A stretch of DNA of 32,000 nt from Desulfosudis oleivorans Hxd3 (GTDB lineage Bacteria > Desulfobacterota > Desulfobacteria > Desulfobacterales > Desulfosudaceae): the NCBI RefSeq assembly GCF_000018405.1, contig NC_009943.1:353255-385254 (forward strand). Direction: 5' to 3'. Below are positions 1-8,856 of this stretch, one piece after another. A program made the position numbers and the translations under genes. Each line of letters opens with the position of its first letter. Positions within the stretch are counted from its first letter, which is position 1. A model generated the notes under the pieces. It was not told the origin of the DNA. It did no database searches and saw only the letters and a program-made list of their open reading frames with translations.

Positions 1-173
1 ATCAGTTTCTTCAGAAAAAGACCGACAAAAGTCTGGCCGTGGTAAAGACCGGGGCCAAGGCGGGAAACGAGATCGACGCCATCACCGGCGCCACCATCTC
101 TTCCCGGGCCGTGTGCACGATTATCAACAGCACGCTGAACGACGTAAAGGGGCAGCTTTCGACAGTTGACTGA
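1..173 (+). CDS. rnfG: RnfG (electron-transport complex subunit G), C-terminal fragment cut by window edge
   Basis: Frame 3 reads ...KAGNEIDAITGATISSRAVCTIINSTLNDVKGQLSTVD-stop (TGA 171-173). DAITGATISSRAV matches the FMN-attachment motif of RnfG/NqrC. Lies directly upstream of rnfE-A-B. Confidence 0.85.
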   Translation, partial: QFLQKKTDKSLAVVKTGAKAGNEIDAITGATISSRAVCTIINSTLNDVKGQLSTVD

Positions 174-212
174 CAGGTTGCGCCAACTCAATAACATATG
201 AGGATGTAAAGA

Positions 213-836
213 ATGTCGACCGAACCCACACCGATGGAAAGATTTTTACAGGGCATTATTCCGGAAAATCCGGTCTACCGCCAGCTGCTGGGCCTCTGCC
301 CCGTACTGGCGGTCACTGGCAACATGCAGTCGGCCATGACCATGGCCGGGGCCGTTCTTTTCGTGCTTTTCTGTGCCAATGTGATGATCAGCCTGATTCG
401 CAACATTTTAAAACCCCATCTGCGGATTGTTATTTTCACCCTGACCATCGCCACCTTTGTAACCATTGTGGACCGGTTCCTGGCCGCCTACATGTACAAC
501 ATGAGCAAGGCGCTGGGCCCCTACATCCCGCTGATCATCGTGAACTGCATCATCATCTGCCGGTGCGAGGTGTGCGCCTCCAAACAGTCGGTGTTCCATG
601 CCGGGGCCGATGCCATCGGCCAGTCCCTGGGGTTTGCCCTGGCCCTGGCCAGCATCGCCACCGTTCGGGAGATCCTGGGCACTGGCATGTTTTTCGGTCT
701 TCCCGTGCTGCCGGATGTCTGGCCCGACTGGGTCATCATGGCCCTGCCGCCCGGCGCGTTTTTCACCTTCGGCCTGCTGCTGGGCCTGGTGAACTGGTTT
801 ACGGCCAACAGAGCCAAAAAAGAAAAAAACAGCTAA
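213..836 (+). CDS. rnfE: RnfE, membrane subunit of Rnf ferredoxin:NAD+ oxidoreductase
   Basis: 207-aa polytopic ORF. N-terminus ...GIIPENPVYRQLLGLCPVLAVT and IPLIIVNCII motifs are typical of RnfE/NqrD. Operon order G-E-A-B. Confidence 0.93.
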   Translation: MSTEPTPMERFLQGIIPENPVYRQLLGLCPVLAVTGNMQSAMTMAGAVLFVLFCANVMISLIRNILKPHLRIVIFTLTIATFVTIVDRFLAAYMYNMSKALGPYIPLIIVNCIIICRCEVCASKQSVFHAGADAIGQSLGFALALASIATVREILGTGMFFGLPVLPDVWPDWVIMALPPGAFFTFGLLLGLVNWFTANRAKKEKNS

Positions 837-854
837 CCGAACAGAGGTAAAGCG

Positions 855-1622
855 ATGAATTATATTATTGACATCTTCCTGATCGCCATGAGCGCGGCCC
901 TGATCAATAACTTCGTGCTCTATTACTTTGTGGGCATCTGCCCCTTTATCGGCGTGTCCCGCAACATCAGCATGGCTTTCGGCATGGGGTGCGCCGTGAC
1001 ATTTGTCATCACCATCGCGGCCTTTATCAGCTGGGCCATCACCACCTTTGTCCTGATTCCCGGCGCCCCGCTAACCGCTTTTGTCGCCGGGTTCTTTCTG
1101 CCCGGGGAGCAGGCGGCGGCCGTGGACCTGACCATCCTGAGCTACATTGTCTATATTTTTGCCATCTCCTCTTCGGTGCAGTTCGTGGAGATGTATGTGC
1201 GCAAGTTTTTTCCGCCCCTTTATAAATCTTTTGGCGTGTTTCTGCCCCTGATCACCACCAACTGCGCCATTCTCTTTGCCTGTCTGACCATCATGAGCAA
1301 CGTGGCTGTGGATAATCCGGCCGAGGCGTGGGATCTGGGCCGGGCACTGGTGCTGGCCATTTTCGGCGGCGTGGGCTTTACCATCGCTATCGTGATCATG
1401 GCCGGCATTCGTGAGGAGCTGGACATGTGCGACGTGCCCAAGCCGCTTCAGGGCGCGGCCATCACGCTGGTGACCGCCGGGATTCTGGCCATGGGATTTA
1501 TGGGATTCACCGGCGTGGATTCAGGCCTGAAAAAGGCACTGAAGCCGGAACCGGCCCAGGAAATGAGCATCAACTTGCAGGATGCGGCGCCGGTTCTGGC
1601 CCGGGTGACAATTGAAAACTAG
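855..1622 (+). CDS. rnfA: RnfA, membrane subunit of Rnf complex (longer than usual, 255 aa)
   Basis: [20 protein letters not shown] and [12 protein letters not shown] motifs are typical of RnfA/NqrE. AGAGG 8 nt upstream of the ATG. Carries an internal insertion and a C-terminal tail relative to the ~193-aa enterobacterial RsxA. Confidence 0.92.
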   Translation: MNYIIDIFLIAMSAALINNFVLYYFVGICPFIGVSRNISMAFGMGCAVTFVITIAAFISWAITTFVLIPGAPLTAFVAGFFLPGEQAAAVDLTILSYIVYIFAISSSVQFVEMYVRKFFPPLYKSFGVFLPLITTNCAILFACLTIMSNVAVDNPAEAWDLGRALVLAIFGGVGFTIAIVIMAGIREELDMCDVPKPLQGAAITLVTAGILAMGFMGFTGVDSGLKKALKPEPAQEMSINLQDAAPVLARVTIEN

Positions 1623-1653
1623 AATGTTTGCCTAAATATATTTAAATGCGAGG

Positions 1654-2571
1654 ATGACTATGTCGGCGGTAACCATCGGACTGGCAGCCGGAACCCTGGT
1701 GGGAATGGCGGTGATATTGACCTACATACTGGGCTGGGCCAACGTGGCCTTTTATGTGGAGGTGGACCCCCGGGTGGATGCGGTTTCCAAGGCCCTTCCC
1801 GGCGCCAACTGCGGCGGCTGCGGCTTTGTGGGGTGCGGCGAGTATGCCGAAGCGGTTGTGATGCAGGGAGCTCCGGTGAACAAGTGCGCCCCGGGCGGCG
1901 CCAACTGCGCGGCGGCCATTGCCCAGATCATGGGCGTGGAGGTGGGCGAGGCCCTGCCTTACCGGCCCATTGTTCACTGTGGCGCCCACACGAAAGACAA
2001 GCACGGCATCAGCGACTACCGGGGTGAGCAGCGCTGCGTCACCGCCAACATCGTGGCCGATGTTCAGGGCTGCACCTACGGCTGCCTGGGGTTCGGCGAC
2101 TGTGTCGAGGCCTGTGCCTATGACGCCATTCATGTGATCAACGGCCTGGCCGTTGTGGACTATACCGCCTGCGTGGGCTGCGGGGCCTGTGCCAAGGCCT
2201 GCCCGCGCAACATCATCACCATGACCCCGTTCAAGGCGGACCGGGTGTTTGCCGTACTCTGTTCCAACAAGGACGCGGGCAAGGAAGTCAAGAAGGTCTG
2301 CGACGTAGGCTGCCTGGGGTGCAAGGCGTGCGAGCGGGCCTGTGGCCTGTTTGCCATCAAGGACAATCTTTCCTGCATCAACTACGACGATTACGATCCT
2401 GAGCACCTGGAAGATATTTTCAAGGCCATTGACAAATGCCCGCAGAAGGGCATCGTGCTGGTGGGAAAACCCTCTGAAAAAGACATGGCCGCGGTGGCGG
2501 ACAAAGAGGCCCCGTCGGTTGTCACGCCGGACTTCAAGACCACGGTGGACGACACCGAGTGGCGCGGATAA
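1654..2571 (+). CDS. rnfB: RnfB, polyferredoxin-type Fe-S subunit of Rnf complex
   Basis: N-terminal TM helix, then the GANCGGCGFVGCGEYA cluster motif and several CxxCxxCxxxCP ferredoxin motifs (CVGCGACAKACP, CLGCKACERAC). GAGGA RBS upstream. Confidence 0.9.
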   Translation: MTMSAVTIGLAAGTLVGMAVILTYILGWANVAFYVEVDPRVDAVSKALPGANCGGCGFVGCGEYAEAVVMQGAPVNKCAPGGANCAAAIAQIMGVEVGEALPYRPIVHCGAHTKDKHGISDYRGEQRCVTANIVADVQGCTYGCLGFGDCVEACAYDAIHVINGLAVVDYTACVGCGACAKACPRNIITMTPFKADRVFAVLCSNKDAGKEVKKVCDVGCLGCKACERACGLFAIKDNLSCINYDDYDPEHLEDIFKAIDKCPQKGIVLVGKPSEKDMAAVADKEAPSVVTPDFKTTVDDTEWRG

Positions 2572-2603
2572 GCTTTCTCCCTTAATCTTTCATAAACAAA
2601 AAA

Positions 2604-2638
2604 GCCCCCCTGCAAAACGCACGGGGGCTTTTTGTTTT
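2604..2638 (+). terminator. Rho-independent terminator of the rnf operon
   Basis: GCCCCC(C)TGCAAAACGCA(C)GGGGGC hairpin followed by TTTTTGTTTT, 30 nt after the rnfB stop. Confidence 0.75.
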
Positions 2639-3053
2639 GACAACAGACGTGAACCTGTTCACCAGACATTTCGACTTTGTGCAAAATCACCGGAATCTCT
2701 TAAAAACATTACATTACGGATCATGTTCGACTATTTCATGAAATGCCCGGACGGACCTTTACAGGACCACCACCTGCCGCAATTCTGTTGGACTGTCCGG
2801 TCAACCGGGTAATGGTCGGGTTCTTGATCGCTTGGTTTATTGCCATGCAATCATTATCAATGATATGCTGCAATGCAGGTGGTTATCAAAAATGCAAATC
2901 GTCATGAATGGCTCGAGGTGTTTTTCACCACAGTTATGTCGGAAAATCTCATGAAATAATCGGGCTAAAAGAGATCGTTTTTTCAAGGACACTTTTGATT
3001 TGTAGAATGCCGGCATCATCCATGGGTAGTGGAGGGCTCAGTGTTTTGCAACG

Positions 3054-3284
3054 ATGGATGCGGCAAGCCAAAAAGCCATGACAGACCAGATCAAAAAGCT
3101 GATCGATCTTTTCAAAAACTGGAAAGGGCAAAAGCCGGACCTGGACAATCCCGACTTTTCCCGGTATCACCAGACCGAGGCTGAATACCAGGCCGAGCAA
3201 AAGGAGTGGCTGGCCTCGGTGAAAAAGAAAAAAATCGTCAAATCCGGCTCGGAAAAAAAGGACAGGCGGAGAACAAGCGGTTAA
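3054..3284 (+). CDS. Hypothetical small Lys-rich protein (76 aa)
   Basis: ORF with genome-like GC3-rich codon choice (CTG, GAC, CAG, GCC). No clear Shine-Dalgarno and no recognisable family. Confidence 0.35.
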   Translation: MDAASQKAMTDQIKKLIDLFKNWKGQKPDLDNPDFSRYHQTEAEYQAEQKEWLASVKKKKIVKSGSEKKDRRRTSG

Positions 3285-3378
3285 GCGTATGGCGGCGTAT
3301 GATGTCGAGACCGATAGCGATTTGGATGAAGTGTCGGCGTAAATCCTTTAAGGTTTTTTCAGAGAACAAAGAGGAGTA

Positions 3379-5481
3379 ATGGCCATGGCAACCACAAAGG
3401 TTAAAACCATCTGTTTTGAGTGTCACTCCCGCTGCGGCCTGGTGCTTGAGGTGGAGGGCGGCCGGGTGACGGCCGTCCATGGAGACAAGGACCATCCTCA
3501 CAGCCACGGTTACAGTTGCCCCAAGGGCCGGGCCTGCATGGAGATCATCTACCACCCGGACCGGATCACCACGCCCCTGATCAAGGTGGGGGAACGGCAG
3601 GGAACGCGTTTTGAAAAGGCCTCCTGGGATGATGCCCTGGGCCTGGTCGCCGAGCGGCTGCTGGCAAGCCGGGAGCAGTGGGGGGCCGAGTCCGTGGTGT
3701 TCGGCTCCGGCACCACCCGGGGCATGGCGCCTTACATCAACCGGTTTCTGGCCCTGTTCGGGTCCCCCAACTTCATGGCCCCCTCCAACATGAGCGGCGG
3801 CCCCCTGGCCCTGGGCAGCGCCACCACCACCGGCTTCGGCCTGGTGGACCCGGATTACGCCAACACCCGGTGCATGCTGCTGTGGGCCCACAACCCGGAA
3901 AACTCCTGGCCCGGGCTCTACCTTTACGATATCAACCAGGGCCTGAAAAAAGGGGCCACGCTGATTGTGGTTGACCCCAGAGGCACCCGGTTTGCCAAAA
4001 AAGCCGATCACTGGCTGCGGCTGCGGCCCGGCACGGACGTGGCCCTGGTGCTCTCTTTTATTCACGTGATTATTGAAAACGGGCTTTACGACAAGGCTTT
4101 TGTGGAGCAGTGGACATCCGGGTTTGACCGGCTTCGGGAGTATGTGGCCGACTTTGCCCCGGAAAAGGTTGAATCCATCACCTGGGTGCCGGCCGGTCAG
4201 ATCAAAACTGCGGCCACGGTGTTTGCCACTGCCCGGCCGTCGGTGGTGGGACCGGGCATGGGCGGCGTGTGCCAGGCCAACGACGCCTTTGACCTGACCC
4301 GGGGCCTGACCATCCTGGCCGCCATCACCGGTAATCTGGAGGTGCCCGGCGGCAACCTCAACTGCACGCCGCCCACCCGCAAACGCAGCTGCTACGGTTC
4401 CGACTATGACGCGCCCAGAAACCTCCCCCCGGACCAGGCCGCCAAGAAGCTGGGCGCCGACACCTATCCCCTGTTCGGGCTGGTGCCCATTCCCTGCCCG
4501 CCCCAGGCGGTGTGGCCGGCCATCACAGACGGCAAACCCTATCCGGTCAGGGCCCTGGGCCTGTTTGCCAACAACAGCGTGTGCGCTTATCCCCATTCGG
4601 CCAGGGTACGCTCGGTGCTCCAGCGCCTGGACTTTCTTTTTTGCGTGGACTATTTTCACACCCCCACCACCGAGCTGGCCGATGTGATCCTGCCCCCGGC
4701 CCACTGGAGCGAGCGGGACGACGTGGAAGACCTGCTGATGAAAAACCATCTTTTCTGCCAGCCAAAGGCGGTGGAGCCGGTGCCGGAATGCCGGGATGAA
4801 AAGGAGATCCTCATCGGCCTGGCGCAAAAAATGGGGCTTACAGAATACTGGAAGTCGGTTACCGAAATTCTGGACTACCGGCTGGAGCCGGTGAGCATGA
4901 CCTTTGCGGAATTTAAGAAGACCGGTGTGTTCGCCAATCCCGTCGAATATAAGCGATACGAAAAGACCGGGCGGTTCCGGACCCCGTCGGGCAAGGTGGA
5001 GCTTTACGCTGAATACCTGACCGGGCTGGGCATCGCGCCCCTGCCGGTGTTCCGTGAGCCCGACGAAGGACCGGTCAGCCGGCCCGATCTTTACAGGGAA
5101 TATCCGCTGATCCTGACCACCGGGGGCCGCAATATCGTTTATTACCACTCCTCCCACCGGAACATTCCCTCCCTGCGAAAAAAGGCACCGGACCCGGAGC
5201 TTCAGATTCATCCGGACACGGCCGCCGACCTGGGGGTTTCCGAGGGGGAATGGGTTTATCTGGCCACGCCCCGGGCAAAGGTGGAAATTAAAATTCGCCT
5301 TTTTGCGGACATTGACCCCCGGGTGGTGCACGCACCCCACGGCTTCTGGTACGGGGTGGCGGATGGATGGCGCCGGCTCAACATCAACATGGTGACCAAT
5401 GACGAGCCCCTGTGCCCGGTGACCGCGTCGGTGCCCATAAAGTCCCTTTTGTGCCGGCTGGAAAAGATGGCGCCCCGATAG
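3379..5481 (+). CDS. Molybdopterin (bis-MGD) oxidoreductase, DMSO-reductase superfamily, cytoplasmic (no Tat signal)
   Basis: 700-aa ORF. N-terminal 4Fe-4S motif CFECHSRCG...YSCPKG (C-x2-C-x3-C...C). Length and layout match molybdopterin oxidoreductase plus a C-terminal MGD-binding barrel. AGAGGAG RBS. No twin-arginine leader. Confidence 0.9.
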   Translation: MAMATTKVKTICFECHSRCGLVLEVEGGRVTAVHGDKDHPHSHGYSCPKGRACMEIIYHPDRITTPLIKVGERQGTRFEKASWDDALGLVAERLLASREQWGAESVVFGSGTTRGMAPYINRFLALFGSPNFMAPSNMSGGPLALGSATTTGFGLVDPDYANTRCMLLWAHNPENSWPGLYLYDINQGLKKGATLIVVDPRGTRFAKKADHWLRLRPGTDVALVLSFIHVIIENGLYDKAFVEQWTSGFDRLREYVADFAPEKVESITWVPAGQIKTAATVFATARPSVVGPGMGGVCQANDAFDLTRGLTILAAITGNLEVPGGNLNCTPPTRKRSCYGSDYDAPRNLPPDQAAKKLGADTYPLFGLVPIPCPPQAVWPAITDGKPYPVRALGLFANNSVCAYPHSARVRSVLQRLDFLFCVDYFHTPTTELADVILPPAHWSERDDVEDLLMKNHLFCQPKAVEPVPECRDEKEILIGLAQKMGLTEYWKSVTEILDYRLEPVSMTFAEFKKTGVFANPVEYKRYEKTGRFRTPSGKVELYAEYLTGLGIAPLPVFREPDEGPVSRPDLYREYPLILTTGGRNIVYYHSSHRNIPSLRKKAPDPELQIHPDTAADLGVSEGEWVYLATPRAKVEIKIRLFADIDPRVVHAPHGFWYGVADGWRRLNINMVTNDEPLCPVTASVPIKSLLCRLEKMAPR

Positions 5482-5610
5482 CGGCGTGCGTCAGGACGGA
5501 CATGCACCGAACCGAATATCCCGGATTACGATTGTCTCTGGAGAAACAACTCTTTTTATACACCACGTCAGGGCATCAACAGCAGGCCCTGCCCATTGCA
5601 GCGCAGCCGA

Positions 5611-5702
5611 GCGCAAAGGCTTTTTTCGGGAAAAAGCGGGCAGGCTGTTTGAGCACCGCGAAGCGGGCGAGTTCCTGCCCGCGCCGAAAAAAGTGTTTGC
5701 GC
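5611..5702. repeat. Long imperfect palindrome (~92 nt hairpin)
   Basis: Three arm pairs: GCGCAAA/TTTGCGC, TTTTTTCGG/CCGAAAAAA and GCGGGCAGG/CCTGCCCGC. Lies in the convergent intergenic region. Confidence 0.6.
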
Positions 5703-5743
5703 GAGGGAAGCCGAAGGCCAAGCTGCACGGGCCGGTTCTTTTG

Positions 5744-5771
5744 GTACTTTTCTTGCCGCCAAGAAAAGTAC
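5744..5771. repeat. Perfect 11-bp stem hairpin
   Basis: GTACTTTTCTT-GCCGCC-AAGAAAAGTAC. Confidence 0.6.
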
Positions 5772-5854
5772 ACTGATAAATGTGCTAGAAAAACCAATTT
5801 TAACTGGACCCCGGGGCGGTGCCCGGAGTGACAAAAAGCGGAAAAGCAAATTTT

Positions 5855-5890
5855 CGATTTCGATCCCGATAGCGATCCCGATTTCGATTA
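5855..5890. repeat. Hexamer-periodic repeat tract (CGATNN)x6, locus A
   Basis: CGATTT CGATCC CGATAG CGATCC CGATTT CGATTA. Its reverse complement matches the tracts at 18605-18664 and 30958-30993. Confidence 0.9.
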
Positions 5891-5906
5891 GAGGCGGTAA
5901 AGGTGC

Positions 5907-5949
5907 GAAAAACAAGAGCCCGAACAGCAGGTTCCTGTCCGGGCTCTTT
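5907..5949 (-). terminator. Rho-independent terminator of the acyl-CoA synthetase gene
   Basis: Minus strand reads AAGAGCCCGGACAGG-AACC-TGCTGTTCGGGCTCTT followed by GTTTTT, ~25 nt after the stop. Confidence 0.7.
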
Positions 5950-5972
5950 TCTCTTGGAAGCGTTGCTGTGTA

Positions 5973-7766
5973 TCAGTCCTTGGGATACATGGCGTCGATC
6001 TTTTCGGCAAACCGCTCCATAACCACGTTGCGCTTGATCTTGAAGGTGGGGGTGATCAGGCCGTTGTCAATGGTGAACTCCGGCACGATGGTCACCTTTT
6101 TGATGTTTTCAAACGAGGCAAAGGCCTTGTTCTTTTCCGCCACCTCGGTCTCGATCAGCTTGAGAATCTCGGGTTTCTGACCCAGGTCGTTGATGTCGGT
6201 AAAGGCAATGTTGTTGCTCTGTGCGTATTCAGCCACGGTTTCCGGGTCCATCACCACCAGCGCGGTCAGGTATTTTCGCCGGTCCCCGATCACCGTGACC
6301 TGGGCGATATACTTGGAGGTGGCGATCACCCCTTCGATGGCCGAAGGCGCGATGTTCTTGCCGCCGGCGGTGATGATCAGGTCCTTTTTCCGTCCGGTGA
6401 TCTGCAAAAATCCCTGGTCGTCGATCTCGCCCAGGTCGCCGGTGGATTGCCAGCCGTCCGGGGCAATGGTTTTGGCCGTCTCCTCGGGCATCTTGTAGTA
6501 CTCTTTCATGACGTTTCGGCCGCGAAACAGGACTTCTCCGTCTTCGGCGATCTTCTGCTCAATGCCGGGGCCGGGCTGGCCCACCCAGCCAAACCGGTAG
6601 TTGTCCACCCGGTTGACGTTGGTAAAGGAGGTGTTTTCACTCATGCCGAGGCCTTCCAGGATCAGCACATCGGCGGCATGAAAAAACTTGGCGATATCGG
6701 GGTTCAGCGGTGCGGCGCCGCTGATGCACCACCGTACCCGGCCGCCCAGGGCCGCCTGAAGCTTGGAGAACACCAGCTTGGTGGCGATCTTGTATTTAAA
6801 GGCCGTTCCCGCGGGAATGGGTTGTTTGTTGAGCCGGCGGTCACTGATCTCGTTGCCCACGGTGCAGGCCCACCGGAAAATTTTCAGGGCCAGGCCGCCC
6901 TTGGCTTCGGCGCCGCTGATCACCTTGGCGTAAACTTTTTCATAGATGCGGGGCACGCTGGCAAACCAGTCGGGCTCGGATGCCTTCAGGTCGTCCACCA
7001 GGGTGTCGATGCTGCGGGCAAAGGTGGTGCAGGTTCCGGTCAGCACGGAGAAGTAGACGCAGAGCCGGGCAAACACGTGGGCCAGGGGGAGAAACAGGAA
7101 GGTGTTGTCTCCTTCGTGAATATCGGCGCACTCCCTGGCTGACTGGGCCGTGAAGGTGAGGTTGTCGTGGGTCAGCACGGCGCCCTTGGGAACGCCGGTG
7201 GTGCCGGATGTGTAGACAATGGCGGCCGGGTCCGACGGGCCGGCCGCGTCAATGCGTTCCTTGAGTTTTTCGTCGGCCACATCCTTTCCCAGGGCCAGGA
7301 ACTCGTCAAAGCTGATGGCCCAGCCATCTCCGGTCCCCTTGCCTTTAAACAGGATCACCTTACGAATGTTGGGAATATCGGCCCGAATGGAGAGCAGCTT
7401 ATCGAGTTGTTTCTGGTCCTCGGCAAAGATCACCACCGCGTCCGAATGGTTGATGATGTATTTGCAGTCATGGGGCAGGTTGGACTGGTAGATGCCCACG
7501 GTGACCCCGTTGCAGGAGGCAATGGCCATGTCGCACAGCACCCACTGATAACAGGTGTAGCTGAGAATGTTGACCTTGTCCTGTTTGTTTACATCCAGGG
7601 CAATAAGGCTTTTGGCCGCCTGCCGGACCTGGTCGTAAAACCCGGCCCAGGTGATTGAGTCCGTCACACCGGCCTCACGGAACCACCGGTAGGCGGTCTG
7701 GTCGGCGCGGGCGTCAATCGTCTCCTTGAGCATTTCATGAATATTTTTATAATCCTTGATGGCCAT
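5973..7766 (-). CDS. Long-chain acyl-CoA synthetase / AMP-dependent ligase
   Basis: 597-aa ORF. AMP-binding signature IVYTSGTTGVPKGAVLTH, then DGWQSTGDLGEID and a C-terminal TPTFKIKR motif. GAAGGAGGG RBS. Confidence 0.92.
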   Translation of the reverse strand: MAIKDYKNIHEMLKETIDARADQTAYRWFREAGVTDSITWAGFYDQVRQAAKSLIALDVNKQDKVNILSYTCYQWVLCDMAIASCNGVTVGIYQSNLPHDCKYIINHSDAVVIFAEDQKQLDKLLSIRADIPNIRKVILFKGKGTGDGWAISFDEFLALGKDVADEKLKERIDAAGPSDPAAIVYTSGTTGVPKGAVLTHDNLTFTAQSARECADIHEGDNTFLFLPLAHVFARLCVYFSVLTGTCTTFARSIDTLVDDLKASEPDWFASVPRIYEKVYAKVISGAEAKGGLALKIFRWACTVGNEISDRRLNKQPIPAGTAFKYKIATKLVFSKLQAALGGRVRWCISGAAPLNPDIAKFFHAADVLILEGLGMSENTSFTNVNRVDNYRFGWVGQPGPGIEQKIAEDGEVLFRGRNVMKEYYKMPEETAKTIAPDGWQSTGDLGEIDDQGFLQITGRKKDLIITAGGKNIAPSAIEGVIATSKYIAQVTVIGDRRKYLTALVVMDPETVAEYAQSNNIAFTDINDLGQKPEILKLIETEVAEKNKAFASFENIKKVTIVPEFTIDNGLITPTFKIKRNVVMERFAEKIDAMYPKD

Positions 7767-7893
7767 TTGCCCTCCTTCATTTTTTGGTTGGTTTTTTCAT
7801 ATATCCCGATACATTAGCTTGTCAGTATAACATGGGTTGCAACAGAAGGCCAGATGAATCGGCGCCATGGGCAGGTGCCGGGTTGGGGGGGGG

Positions 7894-8676
7894 TTAAATG
7901 TCAAACAGACGGCAGGTGTTGTTCCACAGCACGGCGGCCAGGTCAGCGGGGTCCCGATTTTTAATGGCGGCAAGGGTGTCAAACACGCTTTTTACAAAGG
8001 CGGGTTCATTGCGCCGGAAACGGTTGCGCTCCGGCGCCGGGGTGAGGTAGGGCGCGTCGGTTTCGATGAGAATTCGGCTGTCCGGAATGTGGCCCATCAT
8101 GTCCCGCAGGTCCTGGCCCCGGGTCTTGTGGGTCAGCACGCCGGTGATGCCGATATAGAGGCCCAGGTCCAGGTAGGCGGACAGCTCGGCCCGGGTGCCG
8201 GAAAAGCAGTGGACCACCCCTTTTTGCGTGTTCGAAAAACAGGACTTGAGCAGCTGAAGAAACCGCCCCTGTGAGTCCCGTTCATGAAAGATCATGGCAA
8301 GCCCGGCTTTTTGCGCCGCCGCGATCTGCCGCTCGAACCATTTTTCCTGGTCGCCTTCAGGGGAGTACATGCGGTTAAAATCCAGGCCGGTTTCACCCCA
8401 GGCCCGGACTTTGGGGTTTTCCGCGGCGATGCGGCCCAGGCTTTTGATCTGGTGTTCGGTGCACCGGGCCGCGTCGTGGGGGTGGACCCCCACCGAGGCA
8501 AACAGGCCCTCGTGCTGCGCTGCCAGTGCCGCGGCCCGGTTTGAGCTTTCCAGGGTGGTGCCCACCACCATGGCCGCCGCCACTCCGGCCACATGCGCCC
8601 GGTCCAGCACCTTGTCCAGGTCGTCGGCATAAGACCGGTCGTCCAGGTGGCAGTGGCTGTCAAACAGTTGTATCAT
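7894..8676 (-). CDS. tatD: TatD-family metal-dependent hydrolase/DNase
   Basis: MIQLFDSHCHLDD (HxH), VVHCFSG and LIETDAPYLTP motifs. 260 aa. Confidence 0.92.
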   Translation of the reverse strand: MIQLFDSHCHLDDRSYADDLDKVLDRAHVAGVAAAMVVGTTLESSNRAAALAAQHEGLFASVGVHPHDAARCTEHQIKSLGRIAAENPKVRAWGETGLDFNRMYSPEGDQEKWFERQIAAAQKAGLAMIFHERDSQGRFLQLLKSCFSNTQKGVVHCFSGTRAELSAYLDLGLYIGITGVLTHKTRGQDLRDMMGHIPDSRILIETDAPYLTPAPERNRFRRNEPAFVKSVFDTLAAIKNRDPADLAAVLWNNTCRLFDI

Positions 8677-8856
8677 GACGTCCTTTCCGGAATTTCTTTT
8701 TTTGTCATGTCATGTGTGCTATAGACTGTTCTTTCATACCACAGGTAAAACGGGTTTGCCATCGGTGGAATTCAGGTGTTTTTGCCGGTGGAAACAAAAA
8801 TAAATGCGGGAAGAAAGCGGTATGGATGTAATGTGTTTTCGCAAAGGAGGCATACC

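Noticed and set aside
2859-2873. Fur box at ATCATTATCAATGAT.
   Set aside because: The composition resembles GATAATGATAATCATTATC, but the half-sites are in the opposite order. Alignment to the 7-1-7 model gives only 3-5 of 7 matches per half. It is kept only as a generic palindromic operator candidate within another finding.
3020-3045. Sigma-54 promoter (TGGAGGGCTCAGTGTTTTGCA) upstream of the small ORF and oxidoreductase.
   Set aside because: The GG-to-GC spacing is 13 rather than the canonical 12, and the -24 element lacks the TGGCAC context. No enhancer-binding protein gene lies nearby.
3238-5340. 700-aa minus-strand ORF exactly antisense to the molybdopterin oxidoreductase. Similar long antisense ORFs lie at 1642-2406, 10205-10930, 19597-20676, 23738-24556 and 26538-27581.
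   Set aside because: These are typical high-GC shadow ORFs. They are rich in Gly/Arg/Pro/His and have no recognisable motifs or RBSs. Each lies opposite a gene with clear family signatures.
5412-5915. Several 70-140-aa ORFs on both strands in the 5482-5972 intergenic region.
   Set aside because: They overlap one another, are built from palindromes and the hexamer repeat (for example the ...SISIPIAIPISI... peptide), and lack RBSs. The region is better explained as stacked noncoding repeats.
8776-8856. Upstream extensions of ORF-track starts: nfnA from 8776, lepB from 13777, the lipoprotein from 30119, and the Big-domain protein from 23426.
   Set aside because: In each case an internal Met is preceded by a good Shine-Dalgarno sequence. 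That Met yields the expected N-terminus (MFKIVKR... for NfnA, or a signal peptide or lipobox starting within a few residues). The extensions have atypical composition.
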